From a virus (Duplodnaviria; Caudoviricetes), in IMG/VR virus record IMGVR_UViG_3300020042_012680, positions 10,248-74,247 of that record: 64,000 bases of DNA; one strand, 5' to 3'. The position numbers and the translations under genes are program-made. The notes under the pieces were generated by a model. It ran no database searches. It was not told where the DNA came from and was given only the letters and a program-made list of their open reading frames with translations. Below are positions 9,293-19,400 of the stretch, in pieces; position 1 is the stretch's first letter, and every line of letters starts with the position of its first letter.

Positions 9293-10696
9293 ATGAACAC
9301 ATCTTCTGAAATATATAATTTGATCGTAAGTGGAAGTAAAGACATAAACTCCAACCTAACTTCTTTAACACCATCGACACCAATAAACTTTTATGAGATA
9401 GACCTTTCAGAAATATCACCAAACTTAAAAAACTTTAATAATACGGGAGAGCAGCCGTTAAATGGAGGAGTATTAAGGTTATATAATGAATATTTCTTAT
9501 ATAACATTAGCAATAACCCATCCGCTGCCATAAAATGGAAAAATAATTTTTATTATCCATTTCCAATAGTAGCAGATGGATTTGATTATACAAGCGCAGG
9601 TACTCTTCCAACACCTAGGCTTGCCATGGGTAACTTTAGTCCAGATAAATCTTTAAACTCTTTTTATAAATACATTAGAATGCAAATTGAATCTTTAGGC
9701 GATATAGTCGGGGCAAAGTTCACGAGAATAAAAACTTTTGTTAAATATCTAAAAGGTGAAAATTTTCAAGGAGGAACGAATATATTCAATACTCAATCTA
9801 GCATATATGAAGTTGAGCTACCAAAAGAAATCTATTATATAGACAGAAAAACTATAGAAAATAAAGTCATGGTAGAGTATCAATTAGCTTCTATACTCGA
9901 CATAGAAAACGTAGTTCTTCCAGCTAGGACGATACTAGCAAAAAAATGTAACTTTCAATACAGAGGAGAAAATTGTTGCTATGAATACAATTCAAGACTA
10001 ACAGAAAAACATAGTGGCTGTTACGCTGGTATTGAAAATAATTACGCTACAATTCGCGGTTTACAATCTGCACCTCCAGTAGCAACAGAAAATGACCAAT
10101 TATTTATTGGAGGTATTTTTTCTGAAGGGCCAGCCGCAGTATCAGCTGCAGCCAGAATTACTGGCGGGTTAGGTAATTCTGGAGTCTGGCAAAATACCGC
10201 TAATTACGTTTCTGGAGATTTTGTTTTTATTGAAAAAAATAAATTAAAATATTATTTTGTTTGTATTAATAATCATCATGCAGACGAGTTTAATTACCCA
10301 CCAAACACTAACTATTGGACTTCAGATACATGTGCAAAAAATATAAATTCTTGCAGACTAAGATGGTTAAAGAATCCAGCATTTAGACCTGTAATTTGGC
10401 CTACAGATAGAAATGGAGAAACTTACGATCAAACAATTAGTAGAATCTTTGCTCAACAAAGAGCTAACTCAACAATCTATGCAGCAAAACCTGGAGCAGT
10501 ACAATATACTGCAAACGAAGTTAATTCTCAATGGTTAACGGGAATAAATGGAGCTCCAGTTTATTTTCCTAGAAGGCCAGGAGCAGAAAATCCAACATCT
10601 GAACAAGCGCATGGTATTCCCAAAGATTATCAAGGTAATTACTTAAATGGGCATTTACCTTTCGGTGGATTTCCTGGTGCAGGAAAACCGTCATGA
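9293..10696 (+). CDS. Minor tail protein L (lambda gpL-like, probable Fe-S binding)
   Basis: GAKFTRIKTFVKYL, YYIDRK, LPARTI..CNFQYRGENC, CAKNINSCRLR and terminal LPFGGFPG. Start moved from 9218 to ATG 9293. Confidence 0.88.
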   Translation: MNTSSEIYNLIVSGSKDINSNLTSLTPSTPINFYEIDLSEISPNLKNFNNTGEQPLNGGVLRLYNEYFLYNISNNPSAAIKWKNNFYYPFPIVADGFDYTSAGTLPTPRLAMGNFSPDKSLNSFYKYIRMQIESLGDIVGAKFTRIKTFVKYLKGENFQGGTNIFNTQSSIYEVELPKEIYYIDRKTIENKVMVEYQLASILDIENVVLPARTILAKKCNFQYRGENCCYEYNSRLTEKHSGCYAGIENNYATIRGLQSAPPVATENDQLFIGGIFSEGPAAVSAAARITGGLGNSGVWQNTANYVSGDFVFIEKNKLKYYFVCINNHHADEFNYPPNTNYWTSDTCAKNINSCRLRWLKNPAFRPVIWPTDRNGETYDQTISRIFAQQRANSTIYAAKPGAVQYTANEVNSQWLTGINGAPVYFPRRPGAENPTSEQAHGIPKDYQGNYLNGHLPFGGFPGAGKPS

Positions 10697-11040
10697 TAAC
10701 CAACGAAATACTCAATTTTATTAAAAATAAATCTTTGACAGATTTACCTAATGAGACATGCGGATTTGTCATAGAAAATAACAATGAAAATTTATGTATT
10801 CCAGTAAAAAATATATCTTCTCAACCTAAAGAAGCTTTTAAAATTGATGCGCTGGATTTTTTAAAAATAAAAAATAAATATAAAAAAATACAATATATCT
10901 ATCATAGTCATCCAGGTGAAATTAAAAACTTTTCTAAATTAGATATACAAATTTCTAATGCAATTTTAATACCTTTTGTATTATATTGTGTTGGTTTGGA
11001 CGAATTTAATTTTTATTATCCAGGAGAAATATATGATTAG
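10693..11040 (+). CDS. Tail assembly protein K-like, JAB/MPN domain only
   Basis: ETCGFV ... YHSHP...FSKLD JAB motif; no NlpC/P60 half. Confidence 0.8.
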   Translation: MITNEILNFIKNKSLTDLPNETCGFVIENNNENLCIPVKNISSQPKEAFKIDALDFLKIKNKYKKIQYIYHSHPGEIKNFSKLDIQISNAILIPFVLYCVGLDEFNFYYPGEIYD

Positions 11041-11800
11041 AGTAAATATTCATGGTAAATTAGGTCAAGAAATTGGAGAATTTTGGGATTTAGATGTTGT
11101 TAGTGTTTCTGAAGCTCTTAGAGCAATAGAAGCAAATACAGGTAAATTGAGAAAATTTCTTTTAGAAAATAAAGAAGTGTTTGAATACGAAATTTTAATT
11201 AATAAAGAAAATCTATTTAGTGAAGTACCTAAATTTGAAACTATTGAAGATTTTAAAAATTCAGAATTTTTCTTAGACATATCAGAAAAAGTAGACACAA
11301 TAGATATTATACCAGAAATTATTGGTAGCAGTTTTTGGAAAAGAGCAGCTGGGATTTTTCTGGGTGCTGTTTCGGTTGCGGCAGCAATATTTATACCTTT
11401 TGTTGCTCCTGTCTTAGCTTTTGCTGCACCTGCACTCTTATTTGCTGGAATTGGTTTAATTGCGGCTGGAGTAAGTTCATTACTATCTAAACCTCCGCCA
11501 AACGTACCTTTTACTGCTCAACAAGCCGATGCTATAGATGGTAGCGCTGGTGGACCAAGTTCTTATCTATTTAATGGTCCCAACAATACTGTTGGAGAGG
11601 GTGGGCCAGTCCCAGTTGGATACGGTGAACTTATAATTGGCGGGCATAATATTATGAGTAATTTTAGTTATAATGTGAATGCATCAAAATCAAGCGTCGA
11701 TTCAAAGACAAAACAAGTATCTCTATACGCAACTCCAGCATATATTTTTAATAACAGAGGGTTCTTAATAAATCAAGGCCCTAGTACGACGGAAGTATAA
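11033..11800 (+). CDS. Tail assembly protein I-like
   Basis: IHGKLG...SVSEALRAI ubiquitin-like N-terminus, hydrophobic Gly/Ala middle, FNGPNNTVGEGGPVPVGYGE. ATG 11033 has a GGAG SD. Confidence 0.82.
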   Translation: MIRVNIHGKLGQEIGEFWDLDVVSVSEALRAIEANTGKLRKFLLENKEVFEYEILINKENLFSEVPKFETIEDFKNSEFFLDISEKVDTIDIIPEIIGSSFWKRAAGIFLGAVSVAAAIFIPFVAPVLAFAAPALLFAGIGLIAAGVSSLLSKPPPNVPFTAQQADAIDGSAGGPSSYLFNGPNNTVGEGGPVPVGYGELIIGGHNIMSNFSYNVNASKSSVDSKTKQVSLYATPAYIFNNRGFLINQGPSTTEV

Positions 11801-11805
11801 TCTTT

Positions 11806-14800
11806 ATGGCAAATAGCCCTAATAAATATGCAGAAGGTTTTAGGAATATATTAAATACATTTAATATAGGGTTTACTTACTGTGGCTATAATTTTCCAGA
11901 AAGCACTGCTCAAGACAGACCAGGCGCATTAGCATTTTCATTTCAAGGAGGAGATTCTTCAAGTATACCGTATTCTACTTCGAAAACCAGAGGCTATGGT
12001 TATGGACCAAGCGGATTTGATGCCTATTGGACGACTATAAGAACATTAAACGATGCAGACATATTCAGATTTCAAGAAAATGGTGGAAACAATGGACCAG
12101 GATTTACAGCATCAGCTATATCTCCAAGTTCTCCAAATTTAAAAACAATTTTTCAAGAAAGTCCACCTGCTAGCGCCACTGTAAACAATCAGAGATCTTT
12201 TACATCGGTCAATACTATCGCTACCGCAGACCTTGTCTGCGAAGGCCCAATTGAAGGTTTTGTCACAGGGCAATATTCCTATGGATTTGAAAATAAAACA
12301 ACTGGAAGTATAGGTTATTCAAGTGCAACTTTTACACCATTTTCTAATTTAAATTCTAGCTTAGAATCTCCATCAATATATTGGAATAATACTCCTGTAG
12401 CAGATATCAGGGGATTTTCTAATTTTCAATATGTTAATTATAGATACACGTATGGAGAAAATAATAACGAACACACAGTATTTAATCCTAAAATATATTT
12501 ATATGAAGATAGATACGATTATTATGGTTCGCAAGTTGATAAATTTAAAATTCCTTTAGAAACAACCACGACAAGATCAATTGGAGAGAGACTGTATGGA
12601 GCATATCTCTCAAATACAGACACAAAAATAAGGTATCCCAAAACATATTATATATATAACACAGACTTAAGTGCAATAGAAGTGAATATAAAAGTTTTGG
12701 CTTTATTTGAACAAATTTTAGACGGAACAGAAACAGCAGGGGATGTAGAATATCAAGATGTAGAAGTAGAGATCCAAGTTTCTAGAGTTTTAAATGACAA
12801 TACTTTAGTGGCGTTAGATACATCTAAATATTCTCCACACACCTCTTCAGCTTATTCTAATGATTTAGTTTATGTAGAGGGAAAAATCCAATCCTCTCCA
12901 AATGTATTTACATATCATATAAATTTAAGACCATACGCAGAAAATTTTCCAAACTTTAGATTATTTGATAATCAAATTGGTTGGGCAGTTACATTAACAA
13001 AAAATACTTTAGAAGGTGGAGGAAGCACGCTTCAAACAACGACACAAATAGATTCTATATCAGAAATATATTCTGATCGATTTGTTCATCCAGGTTGCGC
13101 AATAGTATATTCTAGATTTGACGCAAGATATTTTGGTTCAATTCCAGAGAGATCTTATAATCTTCGTTTACTAAAAGTAAAGATTCCTATAAACTATAAC
13201 CCTATTACAAAAACGTATGATGGCGCTTGGAATGGAAAATTTAAATTAGCTTGGACAGATAATCCAGCTTGGTGCTTTTACGATATGATTACAAACAATA
13301 GATATGGTCTTGGGAAATATATCGATAAAGATCTTACAGACAAATGGACTTTATATGAAATTTCTAAATATTGCGATGAACTCGTATCAAATGGAATCGG
13401 AGGCTTAGAGCCAAGATTTACTTGTAATTTATATATAAACACTAGAGAAGAAGCTTACAAAATTTTAAATGATATGGCTAGTATTTTTCGGGGTATTATA
13501 TACTATTCAGCTGGTCAAATATTAACATCGCAAGATTCTCCAAAAAAACCAATATATATTTTTAATAATAGTAATGTAATAGGTGGCGAATTTATTTATT
13601 CAGACGCTTCAAGAAGAGCAAGAAGTACCACGGTATTAGTAAGGTATAATGATAAGAATGATAATTATAAACCTGCAATTGAATATGTTGAAGACAGACA
13701 AGGAATATTGAAACACGGAATCAGAGAAAAAGAAATCAGCGCGTTTGGATGCACATCGAAAACTCAAGCAAGAAGAATAGGCAAATGGTTGTTAGTTACT
13801 GATAACGAAGATACAGAAATGGTAGATTTCAGAGTAGGGCTCGAAGGGTATTATATAAAACCTGGAGATGTAATCTCTGTGTATGATCAAAATAGAAGAA
13901 ACAAAATATACGCAGGTAGAACATTAGAGTTAAGCGCAAATCACGCCGTTTTAGATTTAGATTATAATCAATATAATTTAAATATTTTAACTGGAATTAA
14001 TGAATCTTTTAAATTTCAAATTGTAACCCCTACTTATAATTTACAAATGGGCACGGACCTAGCAAATCTATATTCTACAGGATTTTCAGATATTAAATCT
14101 GATGGAATAAGTGGTATTAATAGTGAATTTATAAAACGCCCTCATATTCAAGATATAAATATAAATAATGCATCGAGCTTTTTAACAAGTGGGTCTGGAA
14201 TTTATAAAGATTACATAAGATTAAACTTACCACAACCTTTAGATTCAATTAATTATAATCTATTAAATAATACTAATTGGATTATAGAAATTAATCAATC
14301 AAGTTTTAATGGAATTTTAAATGCTCGATCCGAGATTAATAATCCATCACTTAGCGTCTATCCAGGATATTATCTAGAGCCATTTTTAGATAAACCTCAA
14401 AAATATAGAGTTTTATCGATCAAAGAAAATGAAAATAACAACTTTAGTATTTCTGCATTGATGTATAATGAACAAAAATATTTTAACATTGATAATTCGG
14501 CTACTTTAATAGATAAACCAATAAAACCAGAAGTACCTCCACCACCAAACTTATTTTTAACTGGTTTATTTAGAGATCTACCCAGATCAGGATACGGTGG
14601 CAATAATTACGCTCCAACAGGTACCCCAAGTATTCCTTATAAAGAAAATCAAAGTGGGATAAACAGTATTATATATCAAATTTTACCAACAGGAGATACA
14701 GAATATGCGTCTCTATATACCGTATATGTAAAATCTGGTAATTTTGATGGAGATGGAATAGACAATCAATTTTTAGAAAAGACCCTCTCGCTTACGGAAG

Positions 14801-15006
14801 TATTACAAAATGGATTAAACGGCACAGACTGGGAAAATGGTACTATACCTCCGTTTGTTACCCCACTTTATACGGGTGTATACTCCTTTAGAGTATATGC
14901 TTCAAACTTCTTGAATGAGAGATCTAGTTATGTAGAAAAGAAGTTTAATTTTATAAACCAAGCTCCATTAGATAGCGTCACGATATCTGGAGTAAATTTA
15001 TTATAA
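11806..15006 (+). CDS. Central tail-tip / host-specificity protein (lambda gpJ-like)
   Basis: DLVCEGPIEG, WTDNPAWCFYD, EPRFTCN, FGCTSKTQARRIGKW, PGDVI and a terminal FN3-like YSFRVYASN. Confidence 0.9.
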   Translation: MANSPNKYAEGFRNILNTFNIGFTYCGYNFPESTAQDRPGALAFSFQGGDSSSIPYSTSKTRGYGYGPSGFDAYWTTIRTLNDADIFRFQENGGNNGPGFTASAISPSSPNLKTIFQESPPASATVNNQRSFTSVNTIATADLVCEGPIEGFVTGQYSYGFENKTTGSIGYSSATFTPFSNLNSSLESPSIYWNNTPVADIRGFSNFQYVNYRYTYGENNNEHTVFNPKIYLYEDRYDYYGSQVDKFKIPLETTTTRSIGERLYGAYLSNTDTKIRYPKTYYIYNTDLSAIEVNIKVLALFEQILDGTETAGDVEYQDVEVEIQVSRVLNDNTLVALDTSKYSPHTSSAYSNDLVYVEGKIQSSPNVFTYHINLRPYAENFPNFRLFDNQIGWAVTLTKNTLEGGGSTLQTTTQIDSISEIYSDRFVHPGCAIVYSRFDARYFGSIPERSYNLRLLKVKIPINYNPITKTYDGAWNGKFKLAWTDNPAWCFYDMITNNRYGLGKYIDKDLTDKWTLYEISKYCDELVSNGIGGLEPRFTCNLYINTREEAYKILNDMASIFRGIIYYSAGQILTSQDSPKKPIYIFNNSNVIGGEFIYSDASRRARSTTVLVRYNDKNDNYKPAIEYVEDRQGILKHGIREKEISAFGCTSKTQARRIGKWLLVTDNEDTEMVDFRVGLEGYYIKPGDVISVYDQNRRNKIYAGRTLELSANHAVLDLDYNQYNLNILTGINESFKFQIVTPTYNLQMGTDLANLYSTGFSDIKSDGISGINSEFIKRPHIQDININNASSFLTSGSGIYKDYIRLNLPQPLDSINYNLLNNTNWIIEINQSSFNGILNARSEINNPSLSVYPGYYLEPFLDKPQKYRVLSIKENENNNFSISALMYNEQKYFNIDNSATLIDKPIKPEVPPPPNLFLTGLFRDLPRSGYGGNNYAPTGTPSIPYKENQSGINSIIYQILPTGDTEYASLYTVYVKSGNFDGDGIDNQFLEKTLSLTEVLQNGLNGTDWENGTIPPFVTPLYTGVYSFRVYASNFLNERSSYVEKKFNFINQAPLDSVTISGVNLL

Positions 15007-15010
15007 TAAA

Positions 15011-16417
15011 ATGAAAAATAACAATATTAATATAAAACTTGAATGGAAGACCATATTAAATTCTTTAGGTACTTCATCAAAGATTAGTGTTCCTCCGTCT
15101 TTTAGCGTAACTTTGAAAGATAAAGATTTAATTATTGATAAGTTTTTAAATTTAAATAATCATATGATCGCAAACGACAAAACTTTTTCTTCAGAAAATA
15201 ACTCTAAAAAACTTAAATATGATCGGAGTGAGGATAGGAATAAAGTTAATTCAAGTTTTGACTATCTTTTCGAAAATAATTTTAATAAATACAAAGAAAA
15301 TAATAAAAAAATTGGTTTTTATAAAAATATAAACTTTAATGTGGCGTATGATAATCAGGACAAACAGCATTTTAATTTAGATGTTGAATATGAAATGTTA
15401 GAAGACATAGATAAAAATATTTTATTTAATAAAATATATAGAAGCGATGACTTTTTGAGTATAAAAATCTTATCAAATAAAGAATACGTAGAATCAAAAG
15501 GAATATATTCATATTTAATATTATCAACCTTATCTAATCATGTAGAAAAAAATCTTCAACTTAAAAATTTATTTATCGAAAATGTTGCTTCAAAATGGTT
15601 GGATAATAATAATTTTACTACTTTACTTACAGTTCCTTTTATAGAATCTAATATAGTCGAAATATCAGAGAATATAAATATTAAAATTTTACCTCTAAAA
15701 AAATGGCAATCAGAAATGTATAAATTTCTAAAAGATAGAGAAAAAGAAGAAGATATAAACGCTTTTTTAACAGAAAATTTTGAAAAACAAATTATAAATA
15801 TTGGAAAAATATACAAACAATCAATAAATTACGAAACATTAATATTTTTTCAAAATTATTTATACTTATTTAACGAAGAAAGTTTAAGCAGTTCTATTCA
15901 TAAGATACAGGTTGGAGATGTTAATTTTGAGAATTATTATCCAATTTTGAATAAAAATCTTAAAGATAAAATGATTTGTTTGTCAGAAGATCTAAATTCT
16001 GATGACGTAATAGATAATAGCTATAACATAAAAAAAGATTATCTTGGATACTATAATCAAAGTCAAACTAAATATGTAGATATTAATATGGATTTAGATT
16101 ATTTTCAATCTAGAAATATTAAAGACGTTAAAATTTTAGAAATTAAAGAAAATGAAACAGAATGTTTCTTGTACATAGAATTTATTACAAATTTTTTTGA
16201 AAAAGAAAAATTTTATGTTGAATCGAGCCCAAATTTAAAATATATAGAAAAATACAAAACTCTTTTAAACGATAGAGAATATATTACTTTTCTTTTTGAA
16301 TATAAATATTCGTTAGAAAAATTAAAAAATTTTTTATCTTTAAATCAAAATTTACAAAAAAATCAAATTTTATCTGAAAAAGATTTAATAAATTTTTCTG
16401 CAAAATTTATAATTTAA
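15011..16417 (+). CDS. Hypothetical Asn/Lys/Ile-rich protein
   Basis: Long intact ORF 4 nt after gpJ; no recognisable motif. Confidence 0.55.
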   Translation: MKNNNINIKLEWKTILNSLGTSSKISVPPSFSVTLKDKDLIIDKFLNLNNHMIANDKTFSSENNSKKLKYDRSEDRNKVNSSFDYLFENNFNKYKENNKKIGFYKNINFNVAYDNQDKQHFNLDVEYEMLEDIDKNILFNKIYRSDDFLSIKILSNKEYVESKGIYSYLILSTLSNHVEKNLQLKNLFIENVASKWLDNNNFTTLLTVPFIESNIVEISENINIKILPLKKWQSEMYKFLKDREKEEDINAFLTENFEKQIINIGKIYKQSINYETLIFFQNYLYLFNEESLSSSIHKIQVGDVNFENYYPILNKNLKDKMICLSEDLNSDDVIDNSYNIKKDYLGYYNQSQTKYVDINMDLDYFQSRNIKDVKILEIKENETECFLYIEFITNFFEKEKFYVESSPNLKYIEKYKTLLNDREYITFLFEYKYSLEKLKNFLSLNQNLQKNQILSEKDLINFSAKFII

Positions 16418-16419
16418 CT

Positions 16420-19400
16420 TTATCTTTTCTTGTATATACTGCTACTCAGCATTCCACCAGGTCTTTGTTGCTCTGTTAATACTCGAATTACTTGACCTTT
16501 TATTTTTTCTGCAAGGTCTTTATTTTTAACTGTTTCTTCTTTTGCATCCTCTTCTGATGCCGAACTATTTTGATTTTGAGATACGACTTGTGATTGTTCT
16601 TTTGCTACATTAACAGTTATATTAATGTTATTTACAGGCGAGTAGGCTGAAGTATTTGATGCTGGAACTGAAGAGGGAGAAGAAGATAAATTTCCAACAG
16701 GACCTCCTTCAGCAAATTTTTTAATCCTGCCCCTGTTGAGATCATCAAAAAATTGCTTGCCATACATGTTTACAATATCTTTTTTTATTACAAATTCTCC
16801 AGCCATAAGTAAGGCGGGTATATCATCTACATTTGACCCTCCTGCTGCAAATTTTTTAATTTGTCCTCCGCTAGCCTTACCTAATTTTAATCTTCCTCTT
16901 GCATCAGGCGGATAATTCCGATCAAAGCCACCATACGGTTGACGCAAGCGCATGTTTGGAGTAGAAGATTTACCAAAGAAAGAGTCTTTGCCACCAGGCA
17001 TAAATCCTGGAGCAAAAGCACCTGCTACTCCTAAACCAAATCCTACAAGCGCTCCTGTTTGCTTCTGATTTTGTTGGCGATTATAATTGTCTCTGATTTC
17101 TTTGTTTAATCTTTGGTTTTCTTTATAAGCTTCTTCATTTCTTTCCTTTAAATCTTTTAAATATATTAAATAATTAAATAAAGTCGTTTCTCTTTCTTTT
17201 CTTATTGCATTTTGAGGATTATCTTCATCTAAAATAGCTAGAAGACTTAGATTTTCACTTATTACAGATTCTCCACCAGTTGGGTAAAGAGGATCATTAT
17301 ATTTATAGAAATTTTTTCCTAAAAATCCTACTTCTCCTCCACCAGCAAATTTTTCGTATTCGCGCGGGTTTACTCGTCCTGATTGTCCAGGGGCTACTTG
17401 CATAGATTGTTGGCTTGTACCCCTCATAGATTTTTGACCTATAGGGAAGCCAAACGCTGGAGCTATATTTGTAAGCATAGAAGCAGCTCCTGGGTTTGTT
17501 TTTGCGCCTTGAGCAAGTGCTGCTATAGTTAGACCAAGAGCTCCTCCCAAAAAGCGTTTTTCAACTTTTCCTTCATTTAGCATTTGTAAATATTCTGGAC
17601 CATATTTTTTAACTGCACTTTTTCTTATAACATATTCTCCACCACTTAACATAGCTGGAACATCATCCTTTGTGCCTGATCCACCAGTTACATTACCACC
17701 AGACGAATAACCTTTTATGATTCCGCCCTTTGATTTGGATAGACCGCTTAAAAAATCTCCGATTGCACCACCGATTCCACTAGTGCTACCTAGTGAACCA
17801 AAAATTTGATTTGTTGCAAATTCTAATGCTAATTGTTGTATTCTATTACTTATATTAAGAGCCATTTTTGTAAAAGCGTCACTAGCGGTTTCTGTTCCAT
17901 CAGCAAAAGATAAGAAGGCATTATTAAATTCACTTTTAATTGTTCTTGCTGTATCTGCTGCTCCAAGTTGAGCTTGTCTATATGAATCTTCTGTTCTAAA
18001 ATCAAATTCATCAAAAAATGCAGCAGGAATATCTTCTAGTTTTGCGTCTCCACCTAATATTCTTTTTTCTCTTCCAGCTTGTCTTGCTCCTTTAAAATCT
18101 TCAGCAAACATTAAACCTCGCGCTCTTTGATTTAAAGCTACAAGTTCTTCTTGACCACCTTGAACAGCTAAAATAAATTTATCTAAATCTATAACACCTT
18201 TTTTCTGTAAATTATTAGTTTGCTCTATGAATTTAGCGTTAACTTTTCTTCGTTCTGTTTCATTTAATATAGATGAATATATTTGTTGTTGAGCGTCTAA
18301 AACTCTTCCAGTAGCAATACGATTAGCATTCAAACTCATGTCTTTATCTAAAACTTCTTTGCTGTATTCTTCTAGAGATTTTACGTTTATATTCTTTCGG
18401 AAAGCGTCGGCTGAAGCTGGATTTGAAGAAACATCACCTGCAAGCCCTGCTCTTCTTAAAAGATCTTCTCTCGTGTATTTAAGCAGTACTTCAAGTCCTT
18501 TATCTGTCTTTTTAACCGTAAGACCAAGTAGACCTAAAGCTTGATTTAAAGCTTGCGCTTGTGTGCTTGTTTCATCAAACGGGAGACCTCTTAATGGTTG
18601 TATTATAGAATCTATAGTATTTTGACTAATTTCTGCATCTTTAAAAAGTTGCTCAATTGAATTGATTACTATATTTTGACTTTTTTCTTCAAATTCTTTT
18701 TGTTTTTGTTTAAATACATCTGGCGCAACAATGCTCTTTAATCGATTTAATTCTTTCTTATCTATTTCTTGCTTCTGCAAAACGAAGTTGGGGTAGTTTG
18801 TAGACTTAGCGTAAGCTCTATCCCCATCCATGTTAGTTCTGTATCCAAATCTTTTTTCTACAGCATCTGTAAGATCTCTGTTTGATACGTTTATACCTTC
18901 TTTCCCTAAACTTTCATTTAAATTTTTTTGAAAATTTTCAAGTATCCTAGGGTTATTCATTACTGAGCCAGCTAAAGATATACCTCTTTCATTTTGCACG
19001 CCTAATATGGAAGAAACTAGTTTACTAGATTCTGCTTGACTTACTTTTTTATCAGAAGTAATTTCAAGTACATTTGCTAGGTTTTGTGTATTTGCGCTTT
19101 GTACCTGCAAAGCGGTCTGCACTTGACTTAATCCTTCTGCAATTTTTTCAAAATCTCCAGTAGATAATGTATTCGCAAGGCTTTCTCTAAGATTATCTGG
19201 AGTATTAAGAAGTATTTTTGATAATTGTTCATTATTTTGTGACAGAATTTTTTGTTTTTCTCCCAAAGAAATATTTTCATCTTTTAATTTTTCTAAATTC
19301 GAACTGTAAGAGGAGAACGCAGAATTAAACTCTTCAATTTTGTCTTTATTCTCTTCAGAAGCAACAATTAAATCTTTAATTGTTTGATCTGTAGATGTAA

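Noticed and set aside
8693-16430. Active invertible segment (phase variation) at the tail-tip block
   Set aside because: No inverted repeats at the two ends and no recombinase gene in the window.
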